Origin: Cetorhinus maximus
Lineage: Eukaryota
Length of the DNA: 64,000 nucleotides
Assembly (NCBI RefSeq): GCF_964194155.1
Contig: NC_135879.1
Coordinates: forward strand, 137,268,001-137,332,000
Direction of reading: 5' to 3'
Part shown: positions 51,181 through 60,749 of the stretch, one piece after another
How the letters are laid out: each line of letters opens with the position of its first letter
Numbering within the stretch: the stretch's first letter is position 1
Notes under the pieces: model-generated
Seen by the model: only the letters and a program-made list of their open reading frames with translations
Told to the model about the DNA's origin: nothing
Database searches by the model: none
Made by a program: the position numbers and the translations under genes

Positions 51181-52049
51181 TATTTCTGACTCATTCCTAC
51201 ATTATTTGGTTGTTTTGATCCCTGATTTACATAATCCCTTTATGATCCATGCTCCATGTAACTGATCATCTAGTATAATATAAAGTAGATTTTGTTTAAG
51301 AACATGAGCAAAGTGTACAAGGGATATTATTGAACAAGAAAACAAAACAAAGATTTTTGCAGAAAATGTATCACACAGGTGCTAACTGCAAAGCCAAAGA
51401 AGTTCCAGGAGAGCTGCACAGTTTAATGTGCCTAAGGGCTTGTAAGCAGCACAAGCACAAGATGTGATGAGCTCTTAGAAAACTCAAGAGATATTTACTG
51501 GCAGCAAGAGCTGTGCATTCTGTTGACAAGGGCTATATTAGGAAGAATTGCAATTACTTAAAATTGATTTTTTTTGGCTTAATCTTCATACTGTAAGAAA
51601 TAAAATTGCTTGATAGGTTAACAAGTTGTTAAAATAGCGAATCTGACAGGATAAACACTTGAGTCACCAACATAATTGAAACAAAAAAGCTTTGTAACAT
51701 TTCAACCTGTTGGATGTATTAGAAAAGACCTCTAATAGACAATTATCAAAAAGAAATTAAATTGACTGTACTGCAGTTGAAAACTTAGTTTTCCTTGCAA
51801 TATGTCGTCATTTTGTACATGTAGACAGTTAGAATTGATTATAGTATTTTCCTTGAACGCTGAAGCACTTTCCAATGATTTAATCTATCTTTTCCCTTTA
51901 TTCTCTTCTGAGGCACTGATTTTTGTCAGTTATGCCTTCATGGATTTGACATTACCGTTGTCTTTCTTCATGTGTCAGCCTTGATAATGAGTGTTGATGA
52001 ACTATTATGTGTATGTCTCACTTCAATTTTAAAATTCTCTTTTTTTAAC

Positions 52050-52402
52050 ATATCCATCCATGGCCTCACCCCTCCCAACCTCTGAAATATTTTCCAGCCC
52101 CACAACCCTCTCAGATATCTAATAATGCCTCTTGTCCATCCTCAATTTAAATCACTCCACCATTGGTGGCCATGCTTTGGTTGCCTAGGCACTAAGCTCT
52201 AGAATTCACTTCCTAAAGCTCTCTCCCTCTCTACCTCACTTTCCTCCTTTATGACACTCCTTACAACCTATCTGTTTGACCAACCTTTTGGTCACCTGAC
52301 CTAATATCTCCTAACGTGACTCGGTGCCATATTTTGTATTATAACGTACCATAGGATGTTTCTCTATGTTAACGTTGCTATATCACTATGAGCAGTTGTT
52401 GT
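52050..52402 (+). mobile_element. L2-type LINE 3' end
   Basis: catggcctcacccctccc..ccaccattggtggccatgc..acctatctgtttgaccaaccttttggtcac..gttgctata..gttgttgt resembles L2 3' ends. Confidence 0.7.
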
Positions 52403-52624
52403 AAAAGTACACTGTTGTTACTGGTGATTGTGGTGGCAGTGGCAACACAGCCTCACTTGAAGTCCATGAACTAGCAGCAATCAGTGGATTATGACCAGGA
52501 GCAAGAAACCCTGACCGAATCAGCCAACCCAGTGCACCCTGAAGATTAAAAATGACTTTTCCTGGCTTAGTATTGCACCAGGTGATGCATTTAACCAATA
52601 AGCCATGATTCAGGAAATATTAAC

Positions 52625-52840
52625 ACTCGAGACAGCATCAAGAGTTTAAAGAGTGAGCCTTAGAGGGAGCAGTGAGACAGTGGCAAGAGCTTAACGAACA
52701 AGCCTGAGAGACAGCAGTGAAACAGCAATGAAAGTTTAAAGGTCGAGCCTTAGAGGGAGCAATAAGACAGCGGTGAATATTTAAAGAGCCAGCCTGAGAG
52801 GGAGCAGTGAGACAGTGGCTAGAGTTTAAAGAGTGGACTT
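52625..52840 (+). repeat. ~44-bp tandem repeat at the CR1 5' end
   Basis: About 5 imperfect units of agagtttaaagag.gagccttagagggagcagtgagacagtgg. Confidence 0.8.
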
Positions 52841-53288
52841 AGGCGAATCTGTGGGTTCACAAAGAAATTTGAAGTTTGATGTAACAGAAAAGGTGAGTCA
52901 TTAGTTGATGAGTCAGGAGCTGGGAAATTAAAAACACTTGAAACGCAATTAGTTAAAACATAAAGATGGCTGGGCAAGTGATGTAGAGCATGAGGGACTG
53001 GTGGACACGAATGTCTTCCATGGCAACCACTTCTGCAGTTCGAGGAACTTCGGCTCAGAGTTGATGAGCTGGAGTCCAAGCTTAGGACAATGCGATGCAC
53101 CAGGGATGGGGAAAGTTACATGGGCAGTTTGTCCCAGGAGGCAGTCACATGCCTTAGGCTAGGCTCTGCAGTTTTGTTCTGTGGCCAGGGATAGGTTGGT
53201 GTGACTTTGAGTAGGCAGGTATGAGGATCAAGAATGAAGAAGTGAAGGCGACTCAGCCATTGCAACAGTCTAACAGGTTTGAGGCTCT

Positions 53289-53426
53289 GAAATAAAAACA
53301 GAAAATGCTGGAAAAACTCAGCAGGTCTAACAGCACCTGTGAAGAGAAAAAAAGAGTTTATATTTTTGAGTCCTTATGACTTTTTCAGAGCAGCATCCAG
53401 CATCTGCAGTATTTTGCTTTTATCTT
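53289..53426 (-). mobile_element. Short Penelope-terminal-repeat insertion with 14-bp TSD
   Basis: Flanked by AGGTTTGAGGCTCT and AGGTTTGAGGTTCT. Contains acagaaaatgctggaaaaactcagcagg and an inverted partial copy. Confidence 0.75.
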
Positions 53427-54310
53427 AGGTTTGAGGTTCTTGCAGCTTGTGTGGAGCAGGAGCTGTTGGGTGGATGTGCAAACTGACCATGGTACCATGA
53501 TGCAAGGAGCCATTCAAGTGAGGGGGAGCTAAAAGGATTGTAGTTGTAGCAGGGGACAGTATAGTTAATCGAAAGACACTCTTCTCTGCAGTCAAGAACA
53601 TGAGTTCTGAAGGCTGTGTTGCCTGCCTGGTGCAACGGTTCGGAGCATCTGCTTGGGGTTGGAGAGGAACCTGCAGTGGGAGGCAATGGATCCGGTTGTT
53701 GTGGTCCATGAGGGTACCAAAGACATGGATCGGACTGAAAAAGGGATACTTCTTGGGGATTATGAGCAGCTAGAGGTTAAATTAAAAAGCAAAACCACAA
53801 AGGTAATAATCTCTGGATTGCTACCTAAGCCATGCGCAAATTGGCATAGGGTAAATAAGATCAGAGAGTTGAATGCATGGCTCAAAGATTGGTGTGGGAG
53901 AAAAGAATTTTGATTCATGGGGCACTGACACCTGTATTTGGGAAAGAGAGAGCTGTCCTATTGGGACAGTCTTCACCTGAACTGCGCTGGGAGCAGCGTT
54001 CTGGCGACTAGCATATCTAGGACTGGCGGGGTGGAGGGATCATAGGAGGGTAGATTTGGTAAGTTAGAAAGAAAAGACAAGGCAACAGACCAGCATAGCA
54101 ATACAGGTTAGAATAGGCAGAGTATGTCAGGAAGGGACAGAGCATACAAACTTGTATCAGCAGATTATACTGGAGTTTGTAAGAATGGCAAAAAGGCAAA
54201 ATTGAAGGCTCTGTATCTGGATTCATGCAGCATCTGTAACAAAACAGCTGAATTAATAGCACAAATATAAATAAATAAGTATGAACTGATAGGTATTACA
54301 GCCACGGATT

Positions 54311-54787
54311 GGGGTGGGCTTTTACAAGCAAATGAGCGCTCCCTGCCTCATTAATTATGCATGCATGTTTCATGTTAAGTCTCATGGTGGGGCGGGCACT
54401 AAGTTGCCGCCCTGCCATCATGTCCGGGCATCATGTTTCAAAGGCACCCAGACAGGCTCTTATTAGTGTCGCCAGGTCCCTGGAAGAAGGATGAGCAGGA
54501 GAAGGCAACAATTCCAGCTCCCCACTTCAGCAATGCATCTTTGGAGCAGCTCTGGAAAGCTGTGCAGGAAAGGCGGGGTATCCTCTTCCCCAGGGATGGC
54601 TGCAGGAGGCTCACCCAACTAACCACACCAGCCTGGGAGAAGTTTGCCAGGGCGGTCAGCACCTGTAGAGTCCAGAGGAGGACCACCTTGCCTTGTAGTG
54701 TAAGAAACGGAGGAATGATCTCATCTGCACCGCTAGGGTTATTGAACCTTCCTCTGTCCCAACTCACATCATCACTCATTTTGTGTT
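54311..54787 (+). pseudogene. Harbinger copy D: left part and Myb/SANT exon 1
   Basis: PAPHFSNASLEQLWKAVQERRGILFPRDGCRRLTQLTTPAWEKFARAV. Confidence 0.8.
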
Positions 54788-55332
54788 TCAGTCATGGTTT
54801 GTGGGCATCGCTGGTAAGGCGAGTATTTCTGTTGCCCATTGCTAAATGCCCTTTAGAAGGTGGTGGGCTACTGCCTTATAAGATTGCTGCAGTCCATGTG
54901 GTGTGCTGTTAGCAAGGCAACTGCAGGATTTTGATGTAAAGGCACAGCCATGGGCAGAGAAGAGGGCAACTTGCAAGTGCTGCTGTTCCGATGCATCTGC
55001 TTCCCTTGCCTTTCCAGCTGGTAGAGTTTGCGGCATTGGAGGCTGCTGTTGAAGGACCCTTGGTGAGTTGCTGCAGTGCATCTTGTACATGGTACACACT
55101 GCTGCCAGTCTATGTCAGTAGTGGAGGGAGTGCATGTTGAGCGTGGTGGATGGGGTGTCGTTCAAGCAGCCTGCTTTGTCCTAAATGGTATCCAGCTTCC
55201 TGAGAGTTGTTGGAGCTGCACTCATCCAGGTGAGTGGAGAGTATTCCATCACATACCTCACTGGTTGGACTTTGGGGGGTCATGAGCTCAGTTATTAGCC
55301 GAAGAATTAGCAGCCTGCGACCTGCTGTTTTA
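54788..55332 (-). mobile_element. CR1/L2-group LINE 3' fragment
   Basis: Colinear with 21240-21840. Confidence 0.85.
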
Positions 55333-55357
55333 TCATATGTGCTCATAATCCATCTAT

Positions 55358-55540
55358 GGGAGGAATCATCTTAAGATTTGCATTAAGTGTGGTAGCAAGC
55401 AGGTAAAACTACATTTCACCAGTTGGCCACGATGGCGGATTTTTATGCCGTATCATCCCAAACCTGCCACATTATTTATGCATTCCCGGGAAATACACCC
55501 TCCCACCCATCACCTGGCCGCTTCATCACGCTGAGTGCCA
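55358..55540. mobile_element. Left end of a Harbinger B-family element
   Basis: GGGAGGAATCATC..gcattaagtgtggtagc is homologous to 13197-13400. The matching right end is probably 60493-60749. Confidence 0.75.
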
Positions 55541-56414
55541 TAAAACCATAAGACCATAAGGTGTAGGAGCAGAAGTAGGCCATTTGGCTCATCAAGTCTG
55601 CTCCGCCATTAAATGAGATTATGGCTATCTGATAATCCTCAACTCCATGTTCCTGCTATTTCCCCATGATGGCTTGATTGCCTTACTGATTAAAAATCTG
55701 TCTATCTCAGCCTTGAATATACTTAATGACCTAGCCTTTACAGCCCTCTGCTGTAAAGGATTCCACAGATTCACTGCCCTCTGAGAGAAGAAATTGCTCC
55801 TCATCTCTGTCTTAAGTGGGCGACCCCTTACTCTGAGATTATGCCCTCTAGTCCTAAAGGGAAATAACTTCTCAGCATCTACCCTGTCAAAGCCACCTAA
55901 GAATCTTATACGTTTCAATAAGTTCGCCATTCATTCTTCTAAACTCCAATGAGTACAGGCCAAATCTACTCAACCTCTCCTCATAAGAAAATCTCCCCAT
56001 ACCTGGGATCAACCTAGTGAACCCTCCCTGGACTGCCTCTGATGCCAGTATATCTTTCCTTAGATAAGGGGACCAAAACTGTTCACAGTATTCTAGGTGT
56101 GGTCTGACTACTGCCTTGTATAGTTTTAACAAGACTCCCCTATTTTTATACTCCATACCCTTTGAAATAAAGGCCAACAGTCCATTTGCCTTCCTTATTA
56201 CCTGCTGAATTTCTATGCTAGCTTTTTGTGATTCATGAGGACCCCCAAATCCCTCTGTGTTGCAGCTTTCTGCAGTCTTTTTCCATTTAAATAATATTCA
56301 GCTCCTCTATTCTTCCTGCCAAAGTGCATAACCTCACGTTTTCCCACATTATATTCCATCTGCCAAGTTTTTGCCCATTCACTTAACCTGTCTATATCCC
56401 TCTGCAGATTCTTT

Positions 56415-57078
56415 GGCCTTCCTGATTGGGCACAAAATCGAACATGATGACATCAAGCGAGGGTCCCAATGTCATCCCGCGCTCGTGCGATATTTCAGTC
56501 AGCGGGCGCACACAAAAGCCAGAAGGGTGCCTGCCAACAATTAAGAGGCCAATTAAGGAGATGAAAGATTCAGTTGTCCCCAATTTTTCATGGTCCGTCC
56601 AACCTTATGTTTGGCAAACGTGTGAATCGGCCAGACAGACTTTACATTTTTCACGAAACCTCATCCAAGGGCGGGATGAGGTTTCCATTATTAAACGAAA
56701 GAAAAAGAAAAATCTATGGACCGAATTTTTATCATATATATGTTTAGGAGATTGATTGTGATGCTTGGACATTTTTTTCCTGGTTTTAAAAACTTTATTT
56801 AATGCTTTTCAGGTCTTCAGCTCCCTAAGGCAGCTTTCTGCCTTCAGAGAGCTTTCTCTCAGTGCTCGCTCGCGCCCGCATTGACATCAGTGCCCACCCT
56901 CTTCCGGATCCTAGCCTGGCAGCGTTGATGTTTTCAGCATGTGTTTCATGCTATCTGTCCGGTAATTGGCCAGCCAGCATGAAATTGCGGTTGGGGGCTG
57001 ATAGCATTCGGTGGTCTGTCCCCCGGCCGACCCTAGACCTGCTGGTTGCGCCCGCCTGCCAAACTGAAAATTCTGCCC
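56415..57078. mobile_element. Harbinger MITE inside CR1 ORF2
   Basis: Right TIR GAAAATTCTGCCC and TTT on both flanks. The CR1 sequence is continuous across the insertion. Confidence 0.8.
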
Positions 57079-58971
57079 TTTGTGTCATTCTCACTTGCCT
57101 TACCACCTATTTTTGTATCATCCGCAAATTTGGCAATAGTACATTCACTTCCCTCATCCAATCATTAATATATATTGTAAATAACTGTGGCCCCAGCACT
57201 GATCCCTGCGGCTCTCCACTAGTTACAGGTTGCCATCCTGAAAATGTCCCCCTTTATCCCAACTCTCTGTCTTCTATTAGTTAGCCAATCTTCTATCCAT
57301 GCTAATATACTACCCCCAACACCATGAGCTCATATTATTAAGTAGCCTTATGCGTGGTACCTTATCAAATGCCTTTTGGAAATCCAAATATATTACATCT
57401 ACTGGTAAACCTTTATCTATCCTGCTTGTTACTTCCTCAAAGAATTCTAACAACTTTGTCAGGCATGATTTCCCCTTCACAAAGCCATGCTGACTCTGCT
57501 TGATTATATTATGTATTTCTAAATGCTCTGCTATTACATCCTTTATAATAGACTCCAACATTTTCCCAATGACATATGTTAAGCTAACTGGCCTATAGTC
57601 TTCTTCCCTTTTAGAATAATGGTGTTACATTGGCAGTTTTCAAATCATCTGGGACATTTCCAGAATCTAACAATTCTTGGAAGATTACTCACAGTTTTTC
57701 CACTATCTTTGTAGTGACTTCCTTTAATATCCTAGGATGCAACCCATCAGGTCCAGGGGACTTATCGGCCTTTAGCCCCATTAGTTTCCCTAGTACTTTT
57801 TCTCCAGTGATAGTTATTGTATTTATTTTCTCCTCACATTTTGCCCCTTCATTATTTAGTATTTTTGCTTTTAGTGTCTTCTACCATGAAGACTGATGCA
57901 AAGTGTTTATTCAACTCCTCTGCCATTTCCTGGTTCCCCATTATTATTTCCTCAGCCTCATTCTCTAAAGGGCCTATGTACACTTTGGTCTCTCTCTTCC
58001 TTTTTTTGTACTTAAGGAAGCTCTTATTGTCCATTTTTGTATTGCTTGCTAGTTTACCCTCAAAATATACTATCTCCTTCTTTATTAGTTTTTGGTCATC
58101 TTTTGTTGGTTTTTAAAACTTTCCCAATCCCCTGGCTTACCACTAAGCTTTGCCACTTTGTATGTTTTTTTTCTTTCAATTTGAGACTATCCTTAACTTC
58201 CTTGGTTAACCATGGTTGGTGTATCCCCTTCCTACAATCCTTCTTCCTCACTGTGATATATCTTTGTTGTGTGTCATGAACTATTTTCTTAAACGTCTGC
58301 CATTGTTCATCAACCGTCTTTTCTGCTAAGCTCCTTTCCCAATCCACTCCAGCCAACTGTGCCCTCATTCCTTTGTAATTACCCTGAATTAAGGTCAGCA
58401 CAGTTGTTTCCAACCCAAGTTTCTCACACTCAAACTGAATGCTAAATTCCACCATATTATGGTCACTGTTTCTTAGGGGATCTTTTTACTCTGAGATCAT
58501 TTATTAAACCTGCCTCATTACACATTACCAGATCCAAAATAGCCTTATCCCTGGTTAGATCCATAACATATTGTTCCAGGAAACTGTCCCAAACACACTG
58601 TATTAATTCTTGCTTGTGGCTACCTCTGCCAGTTTGATTTTCCCAATCTACATGAAAAGTAAAGTCTTCCATGATTAATATACTGCCTTTTTTACATGCC
58701 CTCATTATCTCCTGATTTATTCTCTGTCCTACAGTATAGCTACTGTTAAGGGCCTATAGACTACTCCCACCAGTGTCTTCTTCCTCTTCTTATTTCTTAC
58801 CTCCACCCATATGGATTCTACATCTTCCAGTCGAAGATCATTTCTTGCTATCGTACTTATTCCATCTTGTAGTAACAAAGCTACCCCACCACACTTTCCT
58901 TCCTGCCTGTCCTTTCGAAAAGTCACATATCCCTGATATTTAGTTCCCAGCTTTGACCTCCTTGTAACCAC

Positions 58972-59320
58972 GGCCAGGATTTTCCCCTCAGCGATTTGGG
59001 GGCAGGGCCCGGTCGCTGAGGGAAAAATGATGTGGGATGACGTGGGGAGGAATCCCTGACGTCATCCTGGGCCATTTAAATTTTTAGGAAGGCGGGCAGA
59101 CAGTGAAATCAGCTGTCCGCCCACCGACCTGTCAATGGCCAATTGAAGCCATTGACAGGCTAGTTAAAGTACTTAAAGACCTGCCCGGCCAACCTTAAGG
59201 CTGGCGGGCAGCCCAGGAGCCCCAGCGGGCTCCAGATTATTCATGAAGCTTCATCCGCTGGCGGGATGAAGTTTCATGTCCGTTTTGTACAAAATTAATA
59301 AAGTTTATGTGTTCTTTATG
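58972..59320. mobile_element. Harbinger MITE, right end deleted
   Basis: GGCCAGGATTTTCCC TIR, homologous to 47838-48180. Confidence 0.8.
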
Positions 59321-59451
59321 TGTTGCCTCCTAGCGCAAAGTGTCTAAATTAACTTTCCCCCTCCCTGATGTGGCGCAATATCTGCAGCTCAGACTCAAGC
59401 TCCTCAACTCAGTTCTGAAGTTCCTCGAGCTGCAAACACTCACTACGGATG

Positions 59452-59572
59452 CTATTATCTTGGATGTTATTGCTTTAGCTCTGAAGAAGATTCATACGGA
59501 CTTGAATTGTTAACTCGGTTTTTCTCTCCACAATGCTGTTAAACTTGCTGAGTTTTTCCAGCATTTTCTGTT
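59452..59572 (+). mobile_element. Short Penelope-terminal-repeat insertion with degenerate hammerhead motif
   Basis: Flanked by CTCACTACGGATG and CTCACTACAGACG. Contains CTGAAGAAGATTCATACGGACTTGAATTGTTAAC and ctgagtttttccagcattttctg. Confidence 0.7.
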
Positions 59573-60492
59573 CTCACTACAGACGTGTTCAGCAGCTCCC
59601 ACTTGTTGCAGCAGCAACACATCACCCGTCCTTCCATCACTATCGTATTTAATTAATTAATTAATTACTCCTGTATCCCTGCTCTTTACACTTGAAGAAT
59701 TCTCCACTCTTTAAACTTTATTGTAATTATTTTTTTTACACCAGTATCACTCTCATATTTAGCAAGCTATTTTTAAGAAAAAGAGAGAAAAAAGGAAGGA
59801 GACCTAGGCACAAACTAAGGACCGTACTTTTACTTTAAAGACTAAAAATGCTCACCAATTTTATTCATTAATCAGCTGCTTTCCCTGCACTCAAGTCACG
59901 TTGTGGTTCATGACATCACTCCACCGCTGGCCTCACTGCAGGTAGGCCTCTCGAATTGCGCCTTTTATCCTCTCCCACTCACCCCTCGCTCAAGGTATAC
60001 TATTTTGAGCTGGCCAATCAAGCTACTAGCTTCTTGTGACATCAGAGTTGCTTTTTTGCTTTTTTCCTCCTGCTGCTGCCTCACAGTAGCTGAAACAGTG
60101 AAACAATGCGCTTGTCAGCTCCCGGCTGTCTCCCGCAAATCCGCTCCGCTTCGACTCTCAGCAAGGTAGGCCTCACTTGAATCCCCGGTTTATATTTATA
60201 GGCACGCCTCAGCTCCCAACGGTCTCCCGTAGGTCTGCTCCGCTCCGACTCCCAGCCGCGCGCACACATCTCATTGTGCTTTGCAGTCCGAGGAGTGCAG
60301 CGGACATCCCTTCCTGATGTTCCCGAGCTTGCCTTTGCAGCTCCAGCAACTGTGACATAAAAAAATAATTACAATAAAGTGTAAAGAGCGGGGAATTCTG
60401 CAAGTGTAAAGAGCAGGGATACAAGAGTAACTAATTAATAAATTAAATTAAATATGATAGTGATGGCAGGACAGGTGATGTATTGTTGCTGC

Positions 60493-60749
60493 GCCAGAGG
60501 CTCATCATCTGACTCGGACTCTGCAAACTTCTGGCCTCCAGAAACTCCAGTGGGCTGGCCTGATAATGGTATGCAAATGTATTACAATGAGGTTCCTGAT
60601 GTCCGATGGCGGGCTGCGTTTCCAGCCATCGGCGGGCTGAGCGGACGATCCCAAACCGGTTTCACGCCGTCATGAAACCAATCACACCACATTGTCCGCT
60701 CAGGCCACTGAACACACCCGACACCAGCGGGCTCAGAAAACCGCAGCCT
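60493..60749. mobile_element. Right end of a Harbinger B-family element
   Basis: gggctggcct..atgca.atgtattacaatgaggtt..tgatgtccgatgg..accagcgggc is homologous to 16785-16990. Confidence 0.75.

Larger units (their letters stand above)
52625..54310 (+). mobile_element. CR1 LINE 5' part: ORF1 (zipper and SGNH esterase) and start of ORF2
   Basis: QFEELRLRVDELESKLRTMR, VVVAGDSIV..CCLPGA..VVVVHEGTKD (esterase), SICNKTAELIAQI..YELIGIT (start of endonuclease). Confidence 0.85.
55540..60250 (-). mobile_element. CR1 LINE, near full length, decayed, with nested MITEs
   Basis: Tail (CATAAGAC)n at about 55540. ORF2 pieces YLDFQKAFDKVP, ILDLVMCNE, LVGVVYRP. ORF1 zipper CLQLEELQN*VEELESELQ at about 59440-59360. 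Confidence 0.9.
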
